From Alphaproteobacteria bacterium (GTDB lineage: Bacteria; Pseudomonadota; Alphaproteobacteria; GCA-2731375): DNA of 64,000 nucleotides. The notes under the pieces are model-generated. The model worked only from the letters and a program-made list of their open reading frames with translations. It was not told where the DNA came from and ran no database searches. Location of the stretch: assembly GCA_965232515.1 (NCBI GenBank), contig CBDDPY010000002.1, positions 6,528,001 through 6,592,000 on the forward strand, read 5' to 3'. Position numbers and translations under genes: made by a program. Below are positions 17,959 to 26,730 of the stretch, piece after piece (the stretch's first letter is position 1; each line of letters starts with the position of its first letter).

Positions 17959-18055
17959 CAGCCGGAGCGTCGGCTGACACGGCCCCGGACGGATCATCCC
18001 GAATTGGGACGACCTGAGCCAGCTGTCTCGATTTGACGCAAATTTGCCGAAAATC

Positions 18056-18131
18056 TGGTAGGCGCGGAGAGGAATCGAACCTTCGACCTCTGCCATGTAA
18101 TGGCAGCGCTCTGCCACTGAGCTACGCGCCT
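18056..18131 (-). tRNA. tRNA-Val(UAC), atypical (extra nucleotide in T-arm, A32/U38)
   Basis: Cloverleaf: acceptor AGGCGCG/CGCGCCT, A73, encoded CCA; D-stem GCTC/GAGC; anticodon stem CTGCC/GGCAG with loop ATTACAT; T-loop TTCGATT; T-stem GAAGG versus CCTCTC. Confidence 0.85.
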
Positions 18132-18228
18132 CTGAGGCGGAATTTAGCGTCGTCTCCGCTGCGGGTGCAATGTCAATTCGACGACGGAATTGGCGCCGGC
18201 ATCACCTCGTTCGACCGCAGGGGCCGGA

Positions 18229-19023
18229 TCAGGGGTTCGGCGCCGGGAAGACCTCGTCCATGCGATCGAGCAGATGGTACGCAACCATGCCGATCCATTC
18301 ATGGGTGGCAAAATGCAGCATGCTGAGCCCGCCGGAGAGGCTGAACCGCATGCGAGGCCGCCGCCGCGATTTGTAATCCACCGGATACGGCTGGACTATC
18401 CAGCCGGCCTTTCGGAAAACCCCCATGGCGCGCGGCATATGAAATGCCGAAGTGACCAGCAGCCAACGTTCATCGTCCGTCGGTGCGACGAGGCGTTTGC
18501 TGTTCACGGCGTTTTCGAAGGTATTGCGCGATTCCGATTCGTAAATCACCCGGTCCGGCGGCGGGCCGATGGTTTCGAACAGGAAGCGCGCCACATCGGC
18601 CTCCGTCACCTTGCCGTTACCCAGCAGGGTCGCGTTGCCGCCGGTGAAGACGAGCTTGGCCTTGGGGTATCTGCGCGCCAGCGCGATGAATTCGGTCATC
18701 CGTTCGGCATGGCCGTTCAGCGCCGGCCGGCCATATTCGACCGTGCCCGCGACTCCGACCGCGCCGCCGAGGACGATGACGCCATCGACCTGGTCCGGCA
18801 GCGCATCCGGTGCCGGGAAACGCTGCTCCAGCGGCTGTATTAGCCAGTCGCCGAGCGGCAGGATCGCGATAACGACAAAACACAGCGTCACGACGGTCAT
18901 CAACCATTGGCCAATGCGACGCCAGGGGGTCAGGGCGAGCAGCAAGCCCAGCAGCAGCAGGAGCAGCAGAAGGTTCGCCGGCTGTGCGACGAGCCAGAAG
19001 ATCTTCGAAAGCGCGAACGTCAT
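18229..19023 (-). CDS. YdcF/ElyC (DUF218) family envelope protein
   Basis: PLEQRFP, VIVLGGA, FTGG, ESESRNTFENA, LVTSAFHMPRA and PYPVDY motifs. Confidence 0.92.
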   Translation of the reverse strand: MTFALSKIFWLVAQPANLLLLLLLLGLLLALTPWRRIGQWLMTVVTLCFVVIAILPLGDWLIQPLEQRFPAPDALPDQVDGVIVLGGAVGVAGTVEYGRPALNGHAERMTEFIALARRYPKAKLVFTGGNATLLGNGKVTEADVARFLFETIGPPPDRVIYESESRNTFENAVNSKRLVAPTDDERWLLVTSAFHMPRAMGVFRKAGWIVQPYPVDYKSRRRPRMRFSLSGGLSMLHFATHEWIGMVAYHLLDRMDEVFPAPNP

Positions 19024-19137
19024 GAGGCCGGTTTGTACTCGTCGCCGGACCGGTCCGCCAAGGCGAATTCGGCCGCCCGGTCAACGCTGGGTGCCGGGAT
19101 GGACCGGACCGGGACCGTCTGATATGTCGGGCCGACC

Positions 19138-20322
19138 ATGCGTCTCCTGACCTATTCAACGCTTTATCCCAACGCCGCACAGCCGAGCCACGGGGTTTTC
19201 GTCGAAAACCGCCTGCGGCATTTGATTGCGAGCGGCGAGGTCGAAAGCCGCGTTGTGGCGCCCGTGCCGTGGTTTCCCTCGGCGGCCGCGGGCTTCGGCC
19301 GCTATGCCAGCTATGCCGCCGCGCCGGACCGGGAGCAACGAAACGGCCTGACGATCGAGCATCCGCGATACCCGGTGATCCCGAAGATCGGCATGAGCGT
19401 GGCGCCGGGCCTACTCTATCGGTTCAGCCGCGCGGCGCTCGAGCGGCAACGCCGAGACGGTTTCGATTTCCAGCTCATCGATGCGCATTACTTCTACCCC
19501 GACGGCGTGGCCGCGGTCCTGCTCGGCCGCTATTTCAAGCGGCCGGTCGTGATTACGGCGCGCGGCACGGACCTCAACCTGATTCCAGACTATGCGCTGC
19601 CGCGGCGCATGATCCTATGGGCCGCGTCCCAAGCTGCCGGTATCGTCGCCGTCTGCCAGGCGCTGAAAGACCGGTTGGTCGAGCTCGGCGCCGACGCGGG
19701 CCGCATCACCGTGCTGCGCAACGGTGTCGATCTCGAGCTCTTTCGGCCGGTCGACCGGACCGCGGCGCGGCAGGCGCTCGGCCTGCAACGGCGTACGCTG
19801 CTGTCGGTTGGCGGGCTTATCCCGCGCAAGGCAAACGAGATTGCCATCCAGGCTCTGCCTGCGCTGCCCGATGTCGATTTCCTGCTGGCCGGCGAGGGCC
19901 CTGAGCGCGACGCGCTGACTCAGTTGGCGGCGAGCTTGGGTGTCGCCGATCGGGTGCGGTTTTTGGGCGCTGTCGCGCATGCCGACCTGCCGCGGATCTA
20001 TTCGGCCGCCGATGCGCTGGTTCTGGCTTCCAGTCGCGAGGGCTGGGCGAATGTGCTGCTCGAGGCCATGGCCTGCGGGACGCCGGTGATCGCATCCGAC
20101 GTCTGGGGCACGCCGGAGGTCGTGGCCGCGCCCGCCGCCGGCGTGCTGATGCCGTCGCGAACGCCGGCCGGCCTGTCGGCCGCGTTCGACCAGCTGTTTG
20201 CGGACCAGCCGTCACGGTCCGAAACCCGGGCTTATGCCGAGCAGTTTGACTGGGAGGCGACGACGAGGGGGCAGCTCGGCCTGTTCGACGGCATCCTTCG
20301 GCGTGCGGCGGAGACCGGTTAA
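19138..20322 (+). CDS. glycosyltransferase family 4 (TuaC-like)
   Basis: YSTLYPN...HGVFVENRL, IDAHYFYPDGVAA, TARGTD, SSREGWANVLLEAMACGTPV. Confidence 0.92.
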   Translation: MRLLTYSTLYPNAAQPSHGVFVENRLRHLIASGEVESRVVAPVPWFPSAAAGFGRYASYAAAPDREQRNGLTIEHPRYPVIPKIGMSVAPGLLYRFSRAALERQRRDGFDFQLIDAHYFYPDGVAAVLLGRYFKRPVVITARGTDLNLIPDYALPRRMILWAASQAAGIVAVCQALKDRLVELGADAGRITVLRNGVDLELFRPVDRTAARQALGLQRRTLLSVGGLIPRKANEIAIQALPALPDVDFLLAGEGPERDALTQLAASLGVADRVRFLGAVAHADLPRIYSAADALVLASSREGWANVLLEAMACGTPVIASDVWGTPEVVAAPAAGVLMPSRTPAGLSAAFDQLFADQPSRSETRAYAEQFDWEATTRGQLGLFDGILRRAAETG

Positions 20323-21632
20323 ACCGACGTTCGCGCCGTTCCTGGCACCGGCGTCGGCGGCATGGCGGGATGCACGAAGGCCCTGGTCTTCGCCTTCAGC
20401 TCTTTCGATACGATCACCCGCACGATAGCCGTGATCGCGACCAGCGCCAGATACATGTCGTAGTAGGCCAGCGACAAGGCGGCGCCGGCAACCAGATAGC
20501 CGGCCAGGCTCACCTCCATCATGCGCCCGAGATCGTGCGCCCAGGCGAGTTCCGGACTGCCGCGGGTATGCTTGACGATCCAGCGGCTGTTGCGCCAGGT
20601 CATGAAGGCGATCGACATGAACAGGATCAGGCCGGGATACCCATGGTCGGCGAGTGCTTCGAAGTAGATGCTGTGGATCGCCCGCGCGCGCGTCACCACG
20701 TCGCTGTATTTCGCAAAGACCTCTTGCCGCTCGTATGAGCGGAATCCGACCCCGGTCAGTGGCTTCCTCTTGGCGATTTCGATGGCCGTATCCCACATCA
20801 CCAGCCGGCCCTGGAATGACGAGTCCTCCTCGGTATTGCCGATCGTGTTGATGCGGTCGAAATACTTCTGCGGCATGGCCAGCAGGCCGACAATCACGAC
20901 GAGCGCAATAACCAGCGCGCCGATGAACTTACCCTTCGATCGCCACCAATAGACCATGCCCATCATCGTCAGGCCGATGAAGCCGCCGCGCGAATAGCTG
21001 CCGATGACGGCGAAAATGGTCATGAACATGACCGCCACCAGCGCCAGGCGGACCCATTTGTTGGCGGAATGCAGACGCAGATAGTTGATCAATGGGATCG
21101 TCATGATCAACGCCGCGGCCAGATGGTTGTTGTCGTAGATCATCGAGTTCGCGGGGCCGAAGATGGCGTATTTGCCGCCCGACAGGATCATGAAACCGCT
21201 GCCCTTAACCGACCAGTAGCAGAGCGACACCACGATCACCCAGATCATGGCGTGCACGCGGATACGGTTGTTCATCAGGCCCAGGATCGCCATCACCAGG
21301 ACCATCGATTTCATGGTGCGGTCCCAGATCGCATAGGCCGACCGGTCATACTCAGCCAGATAGGTGGTCAGGGACATATGCAGGGCGAAAATGATCAGCA
21401 GGAACGTGATCGGCGTCTTCGGTACTTTCAGCGGCTCTTTCGAGAACAGCCAGGCGCCCAGCGTGACCACGGCGATGATCATGTTGAACTCGAAGTGCGT
21501 GGTGCCGCCCCAGGCCTCGCGATGCGGGTTCATGAAGGCGAGCCAGCTCCAGATCATGACGCCGATCTGCGGCATCTTCAGCGCCGGCAGCACCATCACG
21601 AAAAAGGCCATCATCAATAGGATGCTGCGCAT
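20319..21632 (-). CDS. putative O-glycosylation ligase, exosortase A system-associated (O-antigen ligase family)
   Basis: W..FMNPHREAWG, SVKGSGF...GG, DNNHLA, GSYSRGG, DSSFQGR..MW, AIHSIYFEALADHGYPGL; many TM helices. Confidence 0.88.
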   Translation of the reverse strand: MRSILLMMAFFVMVLPALKMPQIGVMIWSWLAFMNPHREAWGGTTHFEFNMIIAVVTLGAWLFSKEPLKVPKTPITFLLIIFALHMSLTTYLAEYDRSAYAIWDRTMKSMVLVMAILGLMNNRIRVHAMIWVIVVSLCYWSVKGSGFMILSGGKYAIFGPANSMIYDNNHLAAALIMTIPLINYLRLHSANKWVRLALVAVMFMTIFAVIGSYSRGGFIGLTMMGMVYWWRSKGKFIGALVIALVVIVGLLAMPQKYFDRINTIGNTEEDSSFQGRLVMWDTAIEIAKRKPLTGVGFRSYERQEVFAKYSDVVTRARAIHSIYFEALADHGYPGLILFMSIAFMTWRNSRWIVKHTRGSPELAWAHDLGRMMEVSLAGYLVAGAALSLAYYDMYLALVAITAIVRVIVSKELKAKTRAFVHPAMPPTPVPGTARTSV

Positions 21633-21828
21633 CTGCGAACTCGTCTCCGCTTGCGGTGCCGCTTCTGCCCGCCTGCGGGCATGGTCAAGCGGCGGCGGCA
21701 CACCAATATACTAACAAACCGGCGGACTGCCGTCGTCTGATCGTCGTGTCGTGCCTGTCTTCGCCTGGAATATGGTTCTGACATTATTAACGCATTGAAA
21801 AGATGATCGTTGTCACAGGCGATGCCGG

Positions 21829-22875
21829 TTGATCTCGATGCGTCGAGGCGGCAGGTTAGGGTTGTCCGAACAACGAGGCGCGAGTTTCCCATTGCTGTTC
21901 ATTTTCGGCGCACCACGCTCCGGCACCTCGTGGTTGGCGAAGATTTTCGACAGTCACCCGGATGTTATCTACCGCCACGAGCCGGACTCGCAGGTCCGCC
22001 ACGCCGATATCCCCTATCTGTGCAGCGCTGACGACAACGAACGGTTAAGGGGCGCCGCCCACACCTATCTGAGCGACCTGCTGCGCGTGCGGACGCTGAA
22101 GTCGGCCGGTTCGCTGCCCGTGTTTCCGAAGAACTACCACGACCAGGCGCGTCACTATCTGCGCACCGGGGTGATCGCCGCGATCCGGGTGGCTGAGAAG
22201 CTCGGCGCCCGAAGGCTGGCGGCGGAGAAGCTGCAGATTCCCGACATGCTGAGGCCGGGCGCGTCGCCTTACGTCGTAATGAAGTCGGTCAGCGCCCTGG
22301 GCCGGGCGCGGTTGTTCCGCGATGCCATGCCGGCGAGCAAGATCATCCTGATCGTGCGCCATCCGTGTGGGCAGGTGTCCTCGACGCTACGTGGCATGGC
22401 GACGAACAAGTTGTCCAAATACGTGCCCGTCGCGGCGATGAGCGTGACGCCGCAGGCGCAGCGCCGTGGTTTGACGCACGACAAGCTTGAAGGCATGGAG
22501 GTCGTCGAGGCGCTTGCCTGGCATTGGGCGCTGCTGAACGAGATGGCGATGGACGATCTCGATGGAGCCGACGGGGTGCGGTTGCTGCGCTACGAGGATC
22601 TGTGCGAGCGGCCGATGGAGGTCGCCCGCGATCTCTTTGCCTTTGCCGGGATCGACATGCACGCCGAAACCGAGCGTTTTCTGCAGCAGAGCATCTCCTA
22701 CGAGGGCAAGGAGCGCTATTTCCAGGTTTTCCGGAATCCGCTGCGCTCGGCCAACAAGTGGCGCGAGGAGCTGAGCGAGGACGAAATCGGTCGGATCCTC
22801 GAGATCGTCGGGCAAACCCGGCCGGGCCAGCTGTTTGTCGAGGATGCCGCGATCAATCGGGCGGCGCGGCGCTGA
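21829..22875 (+). CDS. sulfotransferase family protein
   Basis: 5'-PSB motif FIFGAPRSGTSWL, HEP, 3'-PB motif LIVRHPCGQVSS, LRYEDLC..P, NKWREEL. Start codon uncertain. Confidence 0.88.
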   Translation: MISMRRGGRLGLSEQRGASFPLLFIFGAPRSGTSWLAKIFDSHPDVIYRHEPDSQVRHADIPYLCSADDNERLRGAAHTYLSDLLRVRTLKSAGSLPVFPKNYHDQARHYLRTGVIAAIRVAEKLGARRLAAEKLQIPDMLRPGASPYVVMKSVSALGRARLFRDAMPASKIILIVRHPCGQVSSTLRGMATNKLSKYVPVAAMSVTPQAQRRGLTHDKLEGMEVVEALAWHWALLNEMAMDDLDGADGVRLLRYEDLCERPMEVARDLFAFAGIDMHAETERFLQQSISYEGKERYFQVFRNPLRSANKWREELSEDEIGRILEIVGQTRPGQLFVEDAAINRAARR

Positions 22876-22953
22876 CGGTCGGGCCATGATGTCGACCTCG
22901 CGCCAATCGCCGGCTGAAAGACGCCGCGACGGCCATCTGAAAGGAAGCCCCCG

Positions 22954-23130
22954 ATGATCGCCAGTTTCATCTTTCTCTGCGCGCTTATCGCCATGGTCAT
23001 GCTTGTCGCCTGGGTCATAAAGAACGACGGCGCCGGGTTGACCGGCAAAACGACTGGCTTGCTGGCCATGAAAGAGCCGGAAGAGCCGGAACAGGCGGCG
23101 AAAAAGAAACCGCCGCCCTATGCCGGCTGA
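22954..23130 (+). CDS. small (58 aa) single-TM membrane protein, absent from the ORF track
   Basis: AAGGAAG RBS. MIASFIFLCALIAMVMLVAWVIKNDGAGLTGKTTGLLAMKEPEEPEQAAKKKPPPYAG. Confidence 0.7.
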   Translation: MIASFIFLCALIAMVMLVAWVIKNDGAGLTGKTTGLLAMKEPEEPEQAAKKKPPPYAG

Positions 23131-23522
23131 GCCGCGCCCGGCGAAGCCGTGGCAGCCAGCGCCGCCAGAGCGCAGAGGTCAGCCTCGGTGCGGGCCAAAA
23201 GCCAGCCGCCGACGCTGATCACGTCTCCGGCCGCGAACTCGCGACGGCACTGCCGGGTGATGGCGCGGCCCAATGTGGTCCGTGACAAGCCTGAGCCTTT
23301 CGGTATGCCGAGGCTTTTCACCAGGCCGGCTGACAAATCTGCTGCCGGCTCAGAGAGCGTTTGCTGCGCAAGGTAGGCGCGTCCGATGGCCACCGCGTCG
23401 TTGCGGTCGGCGAAGCCGGCCAGCAACGCGACGTCGGTCTCCGGATCCTTCCGGCCAAGCAGGCCGGGTGCCAAACCGGCAAGTGCAATGCCGGCCAAAA
23501 CCGCGCGGCGTGGCAGGTTCAT
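23118..23522 (-). CDS. hypothetical exported protein with RR-type signal
   Basis: MNLPRRAVLAGIALAG signal; AIGRAYL and EFAAGDVISVGGWLLARTEADLCAL motif. Confidence 0.65.
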   Translation of the reverse strand: MNLPRRAVLAGIALAGLAPGLLGRKDPETDVALLAGFADRNDAVAIGRAYLAQQTLSEPAADLSAGLVKSLGIPKGSGLSRTTLGRAITRQCRREFAAGDVISVGGWLLARTEADLCALAALAATASPGAAQPA

Positions 23523-23751
23523 GAGGCCGCTGTTCCTTCGTCCGATTGCCATGCGGCGGTTCGTCCACGTTTTCGCATGTGCGGCCGGCATTTCCGTTAA
23601 CGGCCGGTGGTGAAATCTGGACCCGCTGTCGTTCTCGCTGGATTTGACGTTCCTTTACCATTATTCCGTTATGGCGGGCTGACAAGCCCTCTCTGCCGTC
23701 GGTCGCGGGCGCCGACGTCCTCGAGTTTCGTTGATGCCGCCAGGCGTACCA

Positions 23752-25248
23752 ATGACCCCAGACGACGAGTCGAAGCCCGTCACGGAAGCCGAGATGCGAC
23801 CCCATATGATCCGGGGGTCGATCTGGATGGTCGCGATGCGCTGGACCATCAAGGGCATCGGCATCGTCAGTACGGTCATCCTGGCCCGCCTGCTCGTGCC
23901 GGAGGATTTCGGCATTGTCGCCATGGCGATGCTGGTCGTCGGCATCATCGAGCTGTTCAACCTCGTCGGCACCGATCTGGCGCTGATCCGCCACAAGAAC
24001 GCGACCCGCGAGCATTTCGACTCGGCCTGGACGATCGGCGTGATCCAAAGCCTGATCCTGGGCACCTGCGTCCTGCTCGCCGCGCCGTTGGGCGAAACCT
24101 TCTTCGACGAACCCCGCGCCGTGCCGGTGATCCAGATCCTGTCGCTTCGGGTCTATGCGCAAGGCTTCGAGAATATCGGCACCGTCCTGTTCCTGAAGGA
24201 ATTGGACTTCGCCAAGGAGTATCGCTTCCGCATCGCCCGGAAGGTGACGACGTTCATCGTCACGCTGGTCCTCGCGCTCTCGATCCAGAATTACTGGGCG
24301 TTGGTCGCCGGTATCGTCAGCGGTCAGGTGTTCTTCGTGATCCTCAGCTACATCGTGCATCCCTACCGCCCGCGCCTCTGCTTCACGAAGATTCCGGAAC
24401 TATGGTCGTTCTCGATGTGGGCGCTGGTTTACTGGATCGGTCACTACGCCAGCCTGCGCATGGACGAGATCATCGTCGGGCGGATCTCCAACAGCCAGGC
24501 CATGGGCCACTATTATGTCGGCTCGGATGTGGCGACGACGCCGACGGCCGAGATGATCGCGCCGCTGGGCCGGGCCCTGTTCCCATCCTATTCGCGTCTG
24601 CAGGACAATCCGAAGCAGCTCTACGACGCCTATCTCAACGTCCTCTCGGCGGTAACGTTGATCTGCTTCGCCACCGGCACCGGACTGGCGCTGGTCGCCC
24701 ACGATCTGGTTGTCGTTTTTCTGGGCGCAAAATGGGTCGAGTCGATCCCGATCATGTTCTGGATCGCCTTTGCCGCCGCCGTGTTCGTTTACAGCAACAC
24801 CGCCATGACCGTGTTGCTGGCCGCCGGCTTTGCGCGCCGCGCCGCCGTCCAGATCTGGCTGCGTAACGGTCTCCTGCTGGCGGCGCTGATCTATGCCGGC
24901 ATGCAGGGCGATCTGACGGATATCGCCGCCATGCGCCTGTTGATGACGCTGCTGTTCGTGCCGGTGTTCTTCATCAGCTTGCGCGTGGTGATTCCGATCA
25001 AGCTCCGGGACATCCTCGACGTCACCTGGCGGCCCGCCATTGCCGCTGCGGCGATGGCCGGCGTGCTGCACGTCATTCCGGATGACATCTTCGGCAACCT
25101 GATCGCGTTGCGGCTGTTTGTCGACGTCGCGATGGGCGGCGCGGTCTACGGGCTCACGGTGTTGGGCCTGTGGTATGCCGCCGGCCAGCCGCCCGGAAGT
25201 GAGCGCGCGGCCATGCGCGCCGTTCGCGGCAGGCTGAAAATCGCTTAG
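23752..25248 (+). CDS. wzx: Wzx-type polysaccharide flippase (PST family)
   Basis: ILARLLVPEDFGIVAMA, FENIG...KELDF, NYWALVAG, about 12 TM helices. Confidence 0.9.
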   Translation: MTPDDESKPVTEAEMRPHMIRGSIWMVAMRWTIKGIGIVSTVILARLLVPEDFGIVAMAMLVVGIIELFNLVGTDLALIRHKNATREHFDSAWTIGVIQSLILGTCVLLAAPLGETFFDEPRAVPVIQILSLRVYAQGFENIGTVLFLKELDFAKEYRFRIARKVTTFIVTLVLALSIQNYWALVAGIVSGQVFFVILSYIVHPYRPRLCFTKIPELWSFSMWALVYWIGHYASLRMDEIIVGRISNSQAMGHYYVGSDVATTPTAEMIAPLGRALFPSYSRLQDNPKQLYDAYLNVLSAVTLICFATGTGLALVAHDLVVVFLGAKWVESIPIMFWIAFAAAVFVYSNTAMTVLLAAGFARRAAVQIWLRNGLLLAALIYAGMQGDLTDIAAMRLLMTLLFVPVFFISLRVVIPIKLRDILDVTWRPAIAAAAMAGVLHVIPDDIFGNLIALRLFVDVAMGGAVYGLTVLGLWYAAGQPPGSERAAMRAVRGRLKIA

Positions 25249-25255
25249 CGCGACG

Positions 25256-26413
25256 CTATGGGGTTGCGGCGTCCCCCGTCGCGACCCGCTTCAGCGCCCG
25301 CAGCACATCTTTAAGCCTGACCTTCAGTGTCGGCCGCTCCAGCACAATCGCCAGCATGTCGGCGCCGGGCGATCCGAGACTGGTCTTGTAGCGGTTTTCG
25401 CCGGCCATGAAATCATAGGTGTCGGCGCCGGCGGCCAGGTGACGGTCGATGCACAGATAGTGGCTGACCATGCCGGGTTTCAGCTTCGGGTCGGCCTCGT
25501 AGGCAAAGCCGCTGAGATAGTAGTAGACGCGACCGCGATAGATGAAGTTGTACAGGTAGCCGATCGGTGCGCCGCCGGCCGAAATACGCACGACCTCAAC
25601 CGTGCCGGCGGGCAGGCAATGCGCGATCAAGGCGCGATGGAAGCGCACGAAAAACGGATAGGCGAAAGCGCCCGGCTCACCGCGGCCGGTCCAATAGCGT
25701 TGATGCAGAACGCTGAGTTCGTCCAGGAAGCCGAGCGCTTCGTCGATGCCGCTGGCGCAGGTCAATTCCAACGGACCGCGTTCCTCGTACAGACGCATGG
25801 CCCGCCGGATCTGATAGCGCGTATTCGCGCTCAGATGCTCGAGGTAGGGCTTGCCGGACCGGCGCACGGCCGTCAGGTCGACGGCGCCCGAAGGGTCGTG
25901 CGCCAGCAGCCGCACCCGATAACCAAGGTCCCGGGCCAGATCGCGATAGGATGCCGGCACGCCACGGATGCACAACTCGTCCCAGTGGACCGAACGGTGC
26001 ACCGGCGAGGCGCCGTCGTTGAATGCTTTCAGACAGGCGCGAGTCACCTCGGCGGCCACGTTGCGGTCGGCGAGAATACCGTTGTATTCGATGGTTATGA
26101 TGTCTTTTTGCGGGTCTCCGGTTTCGTTCACGAACAACTCGGTCGAGGTGAACCAGCCGAACCGACGTGTCGTCGAGACCAAAAGCGCCAGCCCGACGAT
26201 CGTGCCGCCCTGCCGCGCCGTCAGCAGCTGCGGTCGATCGTCGATCGTCGACAGCCAGCAGTCGACCCATTGCCATGAATGAAAGAACGTCGTGTCGGCC
26301 CGCGCTTCCAGGTCTTGCCAATCGGTCGCCAGCGCTGCCCGATCGGTGAGGGGCGCCACGGACACGATTATCTCCGCGCTATCCTCGGCCGACATTTGTT
26401 GCGGAGTTGCCAT
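25256..26413 (-). CDS. GNAT-fold acyltransferase (CelD/BcsL-like)
   Basis: WQDLEARA..TFFHSWQW, YLEHLSANTRYQIRRA, YYLSGF, KPGMVSH, YDFMAGENRYK. Confidence 0.85.
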   Translation of the reverse strand: MATPQQMSAEDSAEIIVSVAPLTDRAALATDWQDLEARADTTFFHSWQWVDCWLSTIDDRPQLLTARQGGTIVGLALLVSTTRRFGWFTSTELFVNETGDPQKDIITIEYNGILADRNVAAEVTRACLKAFNDGASPVHRSVHWDELCIRGVPASYRDLARDLGYRVRLLAHDPSGAVDLTAVRRSGKPYLEHLSANTRYQIRRAMRLYEERGPLELTCASGIDEALGFLDELSVLHQRYWTGRGEPGAFAYPFFVRFHRALIAHCLPAGTVEVVRISAGGAPIGYLYNFIYRGRVYYYLSGFAYEADPKLKPGMVSHYLCIDRHLAAGADTYDFMAGENRYKTSLGSPGADMLAIVLERPTLKVRLKDVLRALKRVATGDAATP

Positions 26414-26730
26414 GACGATTATGGGTTGTGGGATCGGCCCATTCGTTCGGGCGGCCGCGGGCAGGGTCTATGCAAGGGGCCGCAGGAGACCGGCGTCGCG
26501 CGCCTCGATCAAGACTGCAGCGCGACGCGTCCACCTTACCGGCGTGGGGTTTGCGGGAATGTTACTCAATTTCGTAAATTTGAACTTGGCTGCGGTTTTC
26601 GTTGGACCATTGTTGGCTTGATTGACGTTGCTCGCCATCTTAGCCCTGCAACTGACATTCGTCTCGAACATACACACCGCCGACAATTGCAGATCGACAC
26701 CAATTTATTGGTGCGTTATTGGAGCGAAAT

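Noticed and set aside
18056-18131. tRNA as the attachment site of an integrated island
   Set aside because: No integrase, and I found no duplicate of the tRNA 3' end in the window; PEP-CTERM genes lie on both sides.
18935-18972. cagcag-type microsatellite in the YdcF gene as a phase-variation tract
   Set aside because: It is an imperfect in-frame poly-Leu run of a TM helix, so slippage would not shift the frame.
26468-26686. 72-aa ORF in the gap upstream of the GNAT gene
   Set aside because: No clear RBS or motif and atypical codon use; more likely a promoter region.
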